This document shows positions 45,907 to 54,022 of a DNA stretch of 64,000 nucleotides, piece after piece. Made by a program: the position numbers and the translations under genes. Source of the DNA: a virus (lineage: Duplodnaviria; Caudoviricetes); IMG/VR virus record IMGVR_UViG_3300043567_000723; one strand, 5' to 3'. How positions within the stretch are numbered: the stretch's first letter is position 1; the number at the start of each line of letters is the position of its first letter. The notes beneath the pieces are model-generated. The model worked only from the letters and a program-made list of their open reading frames with translations, had not been told where the DNA came from and searched no databases.

Positions 45907-46941
45907 ATGGCCAAGGGTTTAGACGTCGGGACATCGTTTATCGTACTGGCTTCGGACAGCCTCGAACCGATCAGCTACACCAGCGACGATCAGGCTGAAT
46001 TTATCAATTACAAAGATTTTCGTGACGCGTTCTACGTGATTAAGCCCACTACGCCAGTGGCCACGAAGATGATCGAAAAGGGCCTGCAGGGCAAAGTCTT
46101 CGTCAAGGACAACGACGGTGCTTTTATTCTGCTGGGACAAGACGCTATTGATAAAGCCATCGAGCGCAACGAGTCGGCCAAGCGACCTATGTATCGCGGC
46201 GTTGTGAGCCCCAAGGAAAAAGAAGCCAAGCGCGTACTGGCGTTTATCCTCAAAGAAGTTGCTGGTAAAGCCACCGAGCCAGATGAGAAGCTCGTGTTCT
46301 GCATTCCGGCGCAGCCCGTGGACCAAGAAGACGACGACTTTGACGTTGGTTATCACGAAGACGTGGTCAAAGCAGTCTTGGCCGAACAGGGCTATACTGC
46401 GCGGGCTATTAACGAAGCCGAGGCGCTGTGCTACTCAGAGCTAGCCAACGATGACTACACGGGCATTGGGCTTTCGTGGGGCGCTGGCATGGTCAACGTG
46501 TGCGTGATGCTCAACGGCGAGCCGACTGTGCTGTTTTCGACCACGAAGTCTGGCGACTGGATTGATCGCATGACCGCCGTGGCGACAAACGAGCCAGACT
46601 CGGTTGTGCAGGCTGAGAAAGAGCAGGGCGAGTTCACGATTGGCGAGCCAAACGAGAACGTGATTCTGGCCGCTGTTAGCTCGTACTATGAGCGCCTTAT
46701 TGACTACACCACGAAGCAATTAGCGGCAGCGCTAAGCAATCACAAGGCGTTGCCGAAGTTCAAAGAGCCGATTTTGATAGCAATGGCGGGCGGCACGACT
46801 AAAGCCGCGGGCTTTGTGGAAATGTTCCGGCGCAAGCTCGAAGAGAATAATTTTCCGCTGCCAGTGAAAGAAGTCCGGCACGCCTACGACCCGCTGCACG
46901 CTGTCGCGCGTGGCTGTCTCATTGCTGCCAAGATTCTCTAA
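45907..46941 (+). CDS. Actin-like (ASKHA) ATPase
   Basis: GLDVGTS (phosphate 1), AINEAEA (connect 1), GLSWGAGMVNV (phosphate 2), AMAGGTT (adenosine), DPLHAVARG (connect 2). Confidence 0.85.
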   Translation: MAKGLDVGTSFIVLASDSLEPISYTSDDQAEFINYKDFRDAFYVIKPTTPVATKMIEKGLQGKVFVKDNDGAFILLGQDAIDKAIERNESAKRPMYRGVVSPKEKEAKRVLAFILKEVAGKATEPDEKLVFCIPAQPVDQEDDDFDVGYHEDVVKAVLAEQGYTARAINEAEALCYSELANDDYTGIGLSWGAGMVNVCVMLNGEPTVLFSTTKSGDWIDRMTAVATNEPDSVVQAEKEQGEFTIGEPNENVILAAVSSYYERLIDYTTKQLAAALSNHKALPKFKEPILIAMAGGTTKAAGFVEMFRRKLEENNFPLPVKEVRHAYDPLHAVARGCLIAAKIL

Positions 46942-47041
46942 TCACGCGCGTTCTTTTTGTGGACGCTTTGCTGAGCCTGCGGTACGATTGGGCACCGCAG
47001 CGCATGCATCGCGCTCGTGTTAACAAACTAAGGAAAGTTAT

Positions 47042-47500
47042 ATGGGTACACGCCAGCGTTTCGACGGAATTATCATTTCGCATCTCGGAAATATCGCTGG
47101 CCGGGTTCCAGAACGTGAAAATACGCTTAAATATCTGCAGGCGGCGTTGAAAGCTGGCTGGCACGTAATGGCAGACGTGCAGTTTATTAATGGCGCGTTT
47201 ATCTTGCCGAATGACAACGGTTTTAGTGCCGCCCCGCCCAGTTTCTTCTCGAATCAACGCGTCTGGTCCCGCTGCCAGAACGCCGAAACCATGGATGCGC
47301 TGTGCAACATTGGCGCGCATGCTTTTATTAATGCCGACGCGCCTTTGGTGTTAACAAGCGCGCAATTTATCTGGACGCTTCCGCCCCGCGAACTTTCTCC
47401 GCGCTCTATCGCGGTTTATCCAGAACTGGCCGAAGCTGATTGGCTCGAACAATATGAGCCAGCTGGCCTGTGCAGCAATGAACCGATGAACTACATTTAG
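47042..47500 (+). CDS. Degenerate glycerophosphodiester phosphodiesterase-like protein
   Basis: IISHLGN...ENT...ALKAGWHVMADV resembles the GDPD N-terminus (SHRG...ENT...E.DV) with catalytic residues altered. Confidence 0.55.
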   Translation: MGTRQRFDGIIISHLGNIAGRVPERENTLKYLQAALKAGWHVMADVQFINGAFILPNDNGFSAAPPSFFSNQRVWSRCQNAETMDALCNIGAHAFINADAPLVLTSAQFIWTLPPRELSPRSIAVYPELAEADWLEQYEPAGLCSNEPMNYI

Positions 47501-47587
47501 TTTTAGTTTGTTGTGTCATCGCGTTCTTTGACAATTTGGCGGCCTGTGCGCAATTCTGTACATCAGCTCGTTATGGGCGTACAGAGT

Positions 47588-47596
47588 TGTTAAAAT
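47588..47596 (+). promoter_or_regulatory. Extended -10 element (TGnTAAAAT) just upstream of a structured RNA candidate
   Basis: TGTTAAAAT ends 6 nt before the closing helix at 47603. Confidence 0.4.
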
Positions 47597-47602
47597 TGAG
47601 GT

Positions 47603-47821
47603 GTGTCAAAAGTTAGTCGTGGTGGTCGACTGGTTAGGCGTTTCTTCTGCGGCATGGATGCGGCAGGGGTTACAGGTTCCGTGGTCAGATTTTGTCGGGC
47701 TCACGGGCGGAGGAGCAGCAAATGCCACACGGGATAATTTATATCCTTGAAAGTTGCTGCGGAACCGCGGCTTCGGCCGTGGTAGGGCCTGCGGACAGGG
47801 GATCGCAGGGGCTTTTGACAC
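47603..47821 (+). ncRNA. Unclassified large structured RNA candidate (219 nt)
   Basis: Perfect 10-bp closing helix GTGTCAAAAG/CTTTTGACAC; internal AGTCG/CGACT, GGTTCCG/CGGAACC, GCAGCAA/TTGCTGC, GGATA/TATCC, GCGGC-TTCG-GCCGT, CCTGCG/CGCAGG. Confidence 0.65.
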
Positions 47822-47865
47822 ATTTTGTTTGACGTAAGTGTATATCTTGCAGGCAGTTAGTAATT

Positions 47866-48222
47866 ATGAACGATGAATTTATTCATTCATTGTCCGTGCT
47901 TTTTAGCGCGTTTGGCGCAGCTGCTTTTGCTGGGCTGGCAACCCTTTTGCGGTTTGCCAAGAAGTTATCTAAACTAGCAGTGGTCAGCGCAATGTTGAAC
48001 GCCGGATTTCTGGGGCTCGCCATTGCGTTGATTTGGTATCAGAATTATCGGAAAGCCGAAAACGTCTATGGGCTGATCGGCATTTGCGTGCTGGCGGGCA
48101 TGGGCGGCTCGACGCTGACAGATCTGGCGATTTCGTTATTGTCAGGCGCGGGTATCAAAGTAACCATTGTGCACGAACGCGATCGACAAGGAGATCACGA
48201 GCATGACAATGACGAATCGTAA
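47866..48222 (+). CDS. Holin-like membrane protein (3-4 TM)
   Basis: Short, Gly/Ala-rich TM helices with a charged C-terminus. Confidence 0.55.
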   Translation: MNDEFIHSLSVLFSAFGAAAFAGLATLLRFAKKLSKLAVVSAMLNAGFLGLAIALIWYQNYRKAENVYGLIGICVLAGMGGSTLTDLAISLLSGAGIKVTIVHERDRQGDHEHDNDES

Positions 48223-48352
48223 ACAATTGAGTGTAGCGGCGTGGGGCGCATCAGCAGTATTCTGTGTGCTGCTTCTTGTTTCTGCGCTCTCGGCTGTTTC
48301 GCACAGCATCGGTAGCCACGTCGATATGCCAACTATCTCAACACATCCTTGA
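48203..48352 (+). CDS. Small single-TM protein
   Basis: AAGGAG RBS; hydrophobic core. Confidence 0.45.
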   Translation: MTMTNRKQLSVAAWGASAVFCVLLLVSALSAVSHSIGSHVDMPTISTHP

Positions 48353-48358
48353 CATTTA

Positions 48359-48434
48359 TGCCTGATAGCTCAGTTGGTAGAGCAGGCGACTGTTAATCGC
48401 CGGGTCGTAGGTTCAAGTCCTACTCAGGCAGCCA
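48359..48434 (+). tRNA. tRNA-Asn(GUU) with encoded CCA
   Basis: TGCCTGA/TCAGGCA acceptor, GGCGA-CT-GTT-AA-TCGCC, GGTTCAAGTCC, G-CCA end. Confidence 0.95.
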
Positions 48435-48451
48435 TAAGAACGGTCTCAGCT

Positions 48452-49774
48452 ATGGACAGCTTATCTGCGCTTGATCCGCTTAGCTGGGAGCCTGACTATC
48501 TGCGGGACCATCCCGCCTACGCCGCCGGCAATGCGCTGGGCTGGCTGTACCGCGGCGACAAGCAAGCCGCGACGAATTATCCGCTCACAGGCCGCCTGTA
48601 CTTGTCTAATTCTGGCTGGCTGATGCTTTCTGTGCCCAATGCGCTTGTGCGTGGCGTGTATGACGCCATGAGCGAGCCGGGCATTGAGCTGCCTACGGCC
48701 GCCGCGTGGTCTGTCGGCGACAAGAAAGAACTACTCAACGCGCACATCTCAGTTATGACGGCCGACGAAGTGCAGCAGGTTGGTTCTGATAACATTAACG
48801 AGCGCGGCCACATGTTTGGCTACACGCTCAGCGGTTTAAAAGAAATCACGCCGCGGTCAAACACGCCAATCAGCAAAATCTGGGCGATTCAAGTAACCGC
48901 GCCAAACTTAGCTGCCTTGCGAAAAAGCTACGGCTTATCTGCGCTGCCGAATAACGACGAGCAGTTTCATATCACAGTAGCTGTGCGTAAACGCGGCGTT
49001 CTTCTCGACAACGGCAAGGCCAAGGGTTACGAAACCGCTGCCGAAAGCACCGAGGGGCGGCGGTTTAGTAACCCCATTAGCCGGGGCGCGCTAAAAGCTG
49101 CTGCCGCGGATGACACCACGTACGACTGCAGTTGCTCTGGGGCGTGCACTTGCCCCGAGACTTGCACGTGCAAACAAAATGGGCGCTGCGGCGCCCCGCA
49201 CAAAGCCGCCGCGCTTTCCCGATCGGGAGCAAAACTTTCCCGAGCGGGACAAAACGACCTGTTAGTGGGCGGAAAAGCCGACAATGTTCCCGATCGGGAA
49301 ATTTCTACACCAGCGTTAGCCGAAGGAGCTAAACATGAGCACGAACACACAGACAATGATCAAATCGCCCGCGAAATTGCCAAAGATCATCTGTCCGAAG
49401 ACCCGCGCTACTACGAAAAAGTCAAAGAAATAGAGAAAGCGAGTTACGCGGCGCAGAATTCTGCTGGCAGTGTGTACGCGCAGCAGTTTCGCAATCTTTT
49501 GAATTTCCGTGAGCCGTTTAAATACGACCACAACAAGCCGGTGTTTCAGAATGTCACCGATCACTTGTTAAAAGCCAAGCAGCGCGGCGACTTTATCATT
49601 TCTGCACGAAACAAAGCGCACATCTACCGCTCGCAGTTAGATCCGCAGTATCGGTATCAAATGGCGCAAGCGGCTATTAATGGCACGCTGCCGCAAATGA
49701 ATACAACAGACAAGATTGTGCAAATGTACGGTAATGATATCTTTGACTCAATTGGCCGCTGGGGGAAGAAATAA
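48452..49774 (+). CDS. Modular putative virion protein: 2H phosphoesterase + Cys-rich peptide + DUF5661-like module
   Basis: Two HxS/T motifs (NAHISV, FHITV); CSCSGACTCPETCTCKQNGRC; GAKHEHEHT...IAREIAKDHLSEDPRYYEK; start moved out of tRNA-Asn to ATG 48452. Confidence 0.75.
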   Translation: MDSLSALDPLSWEPDYLRDHPAYAAGNALGWLYRGDKQAATNYPLTGRLYLSNSGWLMLSVPNALVRGVYDAMSEPGIELPTAAAWSVGDKKELLNAHISVMTADEVQQVGSDNINERGHMFGYTLSGLKEITPRSNTPISKIWAIQVTAPNLAALRKSYGLSALPNNDEQFHITVAVRKRGVLLDNGKAKGYETAAESTEGRRFSNPISRGALKAAAADDTTYDCSCSGACTCPETCTCKQNGRCGAPHKAAALSRSGAKLSRAGQNDLLVGGKADNVPDREISTPALAEGAKHEHEHTDNDQIAREIAKDHLSEDPRYYEKVKEIEKASYAAQNSAGSVYAQQFRNLLNFREPFKYDHNKPVFQNVTDHLLKAKQRGDFIISARNKAHIYRSQLDPQYRYQMAQAAINGTLPQMNTTDKIVQMYGNDIFDSIGRWGKK

Positions 49775-50040
49775 TGACAACACCGTGGCTCGATGCAATC
49801 AAAAAGAAGTTGGGGCTAGATAAGAAAAAGCCGCAACCAGCGCCCACGCCATCACCAGCGCCGAAGCCCTCGCCCGGTGTGATTGATTACTTGAAGGCGT
49901 TAAAGTTATTTAACGCATCGCACCTTGATAAACTAGGCCCGGCAGTTGGCTTAAGCCTGCTGACGCTTTTTTTTGCTATTAGCGGTTTATTGGCGTGGAT
50001 TGTGGTTGTGCTTAAATTCATGCTCACTCTGGCGCGCTAA
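49774..50040 (+). CDS. Small membrane protein
   Basis: Pro-rich linker and a C-terminal TM segment. Confidence 0.6.
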   Translation: MTTPWLDAIKKKLGLDKKKPQPAPTPSPAPKPSPGVIDYLKALKLFNASHLDKLGPAVGLSLLTLFFAISGLLAWIVVVLKFMLTLAR

Positions 50041-50043
50041 ACC

Positions 50044-51084
50044 GTGAACAACATTCATACGCTTACGACATGGCAGGCTGTACCGCAACGCATTGCGACG
50101 TTGTTACCGCTAGCGCACGCGACCAAGTTTGCACACGAGCAGGCGGCGAGTTCTGCTGGATTGCTCGCAACTTCGGTGGCGACATGGCGACCAGATCTGA
50201 ACATGATCACGCTGTATGTCCCTGACGCCATTACCAAAGAAGCTTTTGCGGTATATGAGCGCGCGGTGCAAGCCGGCGGCCGATCAACCGCAGCCGTGAC
50301 GCTCCACGGGACTGAACCTGACTGGGACGAAGAAATCGTTATTAAACGCGGCTCTTTAGTCCCGGCTCTGCCGACTGTCTGGAACACGGGCAATACGCTA
50401 CTAGGCGGCCCGACGCCGTTATCCAATGGCATCATGGCTGGCTTGCTTGCTGGTGGTACTGGCTACGGCGCTGGCATGTTAGCAGAGCAGCTGTTTCCAG
50501 AGCGTTATATTCAGCGCGGCAAGCTGCGCCGCACATTGGGCTTACTTGGCGCTGCCGGCGGCGCTGCAATGGGTGGCTTAAATGCCTACTCAAACGCAAA
50601 AGCGCTGCGCACGAGTTTTCTCAAAGGGCTGATTACAAATAACAAAACACCGGTGACGTATCCGTATCAGGTAAAAATGCAGGAGCGCGAAAAGAAGGCA
50701 TACGCGCCCTATCCCGGAGCACCCGAGCAGTCTCTGTATTCGCCGGTTGTTTCTGTGCCGCAATTCAATCAGGCCGCGTGGCAAGACGTAAACAGAGGCA
50801 TGCGGGCCGGTAATTTCCAGACATACACGCCGCCGCAATTCGCCGCAGCCACCACGGGTCTCATGACCGGTATTAGCACAAATATGCGGTCGCCCATTAT
50901 CCGCCCGATTGACGTAATTAACGGTATTGCGTCTGCCGGCGTGGGCTTGGCGACGGCGCATGTAGCCGGGCGGGCGTTATCGGCGCTTGCTGGTTTGACG
51001 CCAGAAGGTCAAAATAAGTTACAAGAAATGGGTCTCTGGGGCGGCATGATGCACGCCATGGTCCCATCGCTTTTTGGCCGTTAA
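50044..51084 (+). CDS. Gly/Ala-rich putative internal virion protein
   Basis: GLLAGGTGYGAG glycine-zipper helices; KFA and EKKAY motifs. Confidence 0.65.
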   Translation: MNNIHTLTTWQAVPQRIATLLPLAHATKFAHEQAASSAGLLATSVATWRPDLNMITLYVPDAITKEAFAVYERAVQAGGRSTAAVTLHGTEPDWDEEIVIKRGSLVPALPTVWNTGNTLLGGPTPLSNGIMAGLLAGGTGYGAGMLAEQLFPERYIQRGKLRRTLGLLGAAGGAAMGGLNAYSNAKALRTSFLKGLITNNKTPVTYPYQVKMQEREKKAYAPYPGAPEQSLYSPVVSVPQFNQAAWQDVNRGMRAGNFQTYTPPQFAAATTGLMTGISTNMRSPIIRPIDVINGIASAGVGLATAHVAGRALSALAGLTPEGQNKLQEMGLWGGMMHAMVPSLFGR

Positions 51085-51091
51085 TTGCGTA

Positions 51092-51120
51092 TTGCAGTCT
51101 TTTTTGTTTCGGGGCATAAT
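51092..51120 (+). promoter_or_regulatory. Candidate sigma70-type promoter for the holin/protease block
   Basis: TTGCAG-17 nt-CATAAT, then AAGGAG RBS and ATG 51148. Confidence 0.45.
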
Positions 51121-51147
51121 GTGTGCTCATTACTCAAGGAGTGATTT

Positions 51148-51519
51148 ATGGCTACAAAGAAAAGTGTTGAAACAGTACGTGAAGAACTGCGGGTGTTAAA
51201 CAGCGCTGTTGACGATGTAAACGTTGACAACGGTAACTGGCTAACGCCGGAATTCTGGACAATGGCCTTCGGCGCGATCACGAATCTCGTGGCTGTTGGC
51301 GTCCTCATTGGCTGGATTGACTCGTCGCAGGCTGAGTCGCTGACCAAGGCTATAACGGCGATCGTTGGTGCCACGCAAATTGTCGTGCTGAATAGCGCGT
51401 TGATTTGGAAGTATCTGTCTGGCCGCACTGAGCTGCGTGCCCAGATGGTTGACGCCCGCTATCGGTACATGGAAGCAGTGGCTGTTGAGAAAATGCGTTC
51501 AGACCGCGCGAGCAGCTAA
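51148..51519 (+). CDS. Holin-like protein (2 TM)
   Basis: WLTPEFW..AFGAITNLVAVGVLIG and a second TM helix; charged C-terminus. Confidence 0.6.
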   Translation: MATKKSVETVREELRVLNSAVDDVNVDNGNWLTPEFWTMAFGAITNLVAVGVLIGWIDSSQAESLTKAITAIVGATQIVVLNSALIWKYLSGRTELRAQMVDARYRYMEAVAVEKMRSDRASS

Positions 51520-51522
51520 CAC

Positions 51523-51927
51523 ATGACCACGGCAGAACTGCAAAAACGAATTGATGCATCCGCAGCGTTGTCGGACTTGAAGCGCAAACTCACGGACGAG
51601 ATTGCGCTTCAAGCTGACAATAGCTTTCAGTTTGATCCGTTTCTGGTTGTAATGATTATCTCTGTGCTTGTGCAGGTGATTATTCATTGCCGCGAGCAGA
51701 ATTCAGACGATGCGATTCAACAAAGCATGCGAGAACTGCGTACGCTTCCGCCCCGTAAATTAATGCGACTACGACGCCGCTTAAACAATTTATGGCGCGA
51801 GCACTGCGCTAAGACAGGTACAGAATACACACCCGATAACCCAATCGTTGGGGCTGTGTATCGGTTAAGTGATACAATTGATGACGCTGCCGCAGCCGGC
51901 CTCGTGGAGTTGGCTGCCGCGCGTTAA
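51523..51927 (+). CDS. Hypothetical protein with central TM segment
   Basis: FQFDPFLVVMIISVLVQVIIHCR. Confidence 0.6.
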   Translation: MTTAELQKRIDASAALSDLKRKLTDEIALQADNSFQFDPFLVVMIISVLVQVIIHCREQNSDDAIQQSMRELRTLPPRKLMRLRRRLNNLWREHCAKTGTEYTPDNPIVGAVYRLSDTIDDAAAAGLVELAAAR

Positions 51928-51939
51928 TCTCTTGCAAGG

Positions 51940-52773
51940 ATGCGCATTATGGCAAGGAAGCCAACCGCACAATCAGAAGCTCATGTTATTCCTGTCGGCG
52001 AGATCCTCAAGCGTTTACACGCGCTCGGGTATTTCGGAGACAAGACACTGGCGCAGGTCAAAAAGATCAAAGGCGTCGAGTTACAGAAGGCTGTACGGGC
52101 GTTTCAGGAATTTAACGGCCTGAGCCCTACGGGCACAGTTGGCCCGAAGACCGCGCACCGGATCAACCGGCGTCGCTGCGGCCTACCTGATTTTAATATC
52201 ACGGCACCCGGCGGCGACCCGTGCAAATGGCCAATGCCCGGCGTGACGTACTACCACGATGTGCATCTGCCCGGTTTAACAGACTCGCAGGTAGCCGAAG
52301 CGTACGACATTGCATTCAGCCAGTGGGCCGAAGTGTGCAATCTGAATCCGTCGCGTGTTGATGCCGCGAACAAAGCTAATATTTATGCTCGTTCTGGCGT
52401 CGGTAAGAAGTACGGTTTAGATAACAAAGGCGGCACGTTGGCGTGGAGCGAGTTACCGTGCGGTGTTGCTGAAAACATCCAGCTTGATCAGATGTTTGAC
52501 GAGGCAGAAGACTGGTCTTTTAATATGGCCGTCGCTGTCATCTGCCACGAGCTTGGTCACGCATTGGGCCTGCCGCATTTAAATTCCGGCAATCTTATGG
52601 CGCCGTATTACGACCCAAACGTCACAAAACCGCAAGATGGTGACGTTGTAGAGATAGTGAAGTTATACGGTAAACGAACAGCGGCGTATCCCATTACGCA
52701 AGATGCCGGATTACAAATTAACGGTACGCTTACAATTAATGGTCGTCCGTATGTTCTTGTGCCGCAGACGTGA
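51940..52773 (+). CDS. Peptidoglycan-binding domain + matrixin (M10) metalloprotease
   Basis: AVRAFQEFNGLSPTGTVGPKT (PG-binding 1), RRCGLPD cysteine switch, HELGHALGLPH, LMAP Met-turn. Confidence 0.9.
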   Translation: MRIMARKPTAQSEAHVIPVGEILKRLHALGYFGDKTLAQVKKIKGVELQKAVRAFQEFNGLSPTGTVGPKTAHRINRRRCGLPDFNITAPGGDPCKWPMPGVTYYHDVHLPGLTDSQVAEAYDIAFSQWAEVCNLNPSRVDAANKANIYARSGVGKKYGLDNKGGTLAWSELPCGVAENIQLDQMFDEAEDWSFNMAVAVICHELGHALGLPHLNSGNLMAPYYDPNVTKPQDGDVVEIVKLYGKRTAAYPITQDAGLQINGTLTINGRPYVLVPQT

Positions 52774-52808
52774 TAAAATAACAATAACACACAATCGTTG
52801 GAGAAATT

Positions 52809-53090
52809 ATGACTATGAATACGTTTCAGCTTGTTTTAGCCGGTCTTTTTCTTGTAGCGCTTGTTGCGACCTATCGTGACACGCTGCTTGGTTTTTTAAA
52901 GAAGCGCGGCGTAGCCGCCGTATCGGGCGTGCAGGAATCGATCGCTGTCCCGCTCGTCAACGACATCTTGGCGGTGACCAAGCTGCGTGACAAACTTTCT
53001 GCAGAAGGCTGCACGGCGGGCGTTGATGCCTGCACAGCTTTGCTGCGCGTGATTGTCGAGTATGAACAGCCGTCAAAGGGTGTTGTATGA
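52809..53090 (+). CDS. Small membrane-anchored protein
   Basis: GGAG RBS; N-terminal TM segment. Confidence 0.6.
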   Translation: MTMNTFQLVLAGLFLVALVATYRDTLLGFLKKRGVAAVSGVQESIAVPLVNDILAVTKLRDKLSAEGCTAGVDACTALLRVIVEYEQPSKGVV

Positions 53091-53542
53091 AAAAAGTAGT
53101 TTGGATTCTCGGTTTACTGCTGCTGCTGTCGTTTGTGTTTCCAAACGGCCTACCCGGTTTGCACACACCGACCGACACAGACGTAACGCCCGTTGTGCCC
53201 GCCGGGCCAACTGACGCGAAAATTGTTGAAGTATTAACTGGGTCTGACGCCGCTGATCGCGCGCGCATTGCGGGTGTGTACGCTGGTTTAATCCACGTGC
53301 TAAATCGCGACGGCGGAAAGAAACTGATCACAACGACTGAAAAGTTTGCGATGCTGCAGGCCAATACACTCGGCGTAGCTATTGATACGCCGGGCGAGTA
53401 TCCGGGGCTCGACACCGCAATTGAGAGCGTGTTTTTAACGGCTGTGGGTTCTGATGACGTCGTACCCGTTACGCCGGAACTGGTCACAAAGTTGGTCGAT
53501 GCTTGTGCTGTTATTGTCAATTCGGCTACTACGGCTAAATAA
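53087..53542 (+). CDS. Exported/membrane-anchored helical protein
   Basis: MKKVVWILGLLLLLSF signal; ATGA overlap with the previous gene. Confidence 0.65.
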   Translation: MKKVVWILGLLLLLSFVFPNGLPGLHTPTDTDVTPVVPAGPTDAKIVEVLTGSDAADRARIAGVYAGLIHVLNRDGGKKLITTTEKFAMLQANTLGVAIDTPGEYPGLDTAIESVFLTAVGSDDVVPVTPELVTKLVDACAVIVNSATTAK

Positions 53543-53545
53543 CAA

Positions 53546-54001
53546 ATGCCGCTCACGCTGTCTGTACTGTTATTGTGTTTGATCGTTTGGCTGTTGGCCG
53601 TGATGTACGCCCACCTGAACATGGTGGACTATCCATCGCGGCCGCAGGGATTAGAGTTGGTACAAATTAGGAGTAATATCGCTATGGCTGATGTTTTAAC
53701 GTATCGTGTTTCTGCCGCCGCCCCGGTTGACGCTGACGTGGTCTCGCGCGTTGTTACGCTCAAGATCAACGGCGAAGACAAGGGCGCTCGGACGTTTGAG
53801 GGCGCTGTAACTGATCTCGGCACCGTCGCCGCGCCGCAAGGTGCGGAAGTCGAGCTGTCGCTGGTCGACGTAGATGACGCGGGCAACATTTCGCAGCCTG
53901 CTACATATACGTTCACGGCTGTTGATACCCTGCCGCCGGCCGTTCCCGGCGCGTTCAATGTCACGCTGGTCAGCGAAGCTCCCGAAGAGCCCGCTGTCTG
54001 A
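53546..54001 (+). CDS. Membrane-anchored Ig-like/beta-sandwich protein (alternative start ATG 53684)
   Basis: N-terminal TM; VDVDDAGNISQP...DTLPPAVPG pattern; AGGAG before the internal ATG. Confidence 0.55.
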   Translation: MPLTLSVLLLCLIVWLLAVMYAHLNMVDYPSRPQGLELVQIRSNIAMADVLTYRVSAAAPVDADVVSRVVTLKINGEDKGARTFEGAVTDLGTVAAPQGAEVELSLVDVDDAGNISQPATYTFTAVDTLPPAVPGAFNVTLVSEAPEEPAV

Positions 54002-54022
54002 ATCTAATGTCGGAGTCATTCC

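Noticed and set aside
48374-48451. ORF-track start of the 466-aa protein
   Set aside because: Lies inside tRNA-Asn; the downstream ATG 48452 is the plausible start.
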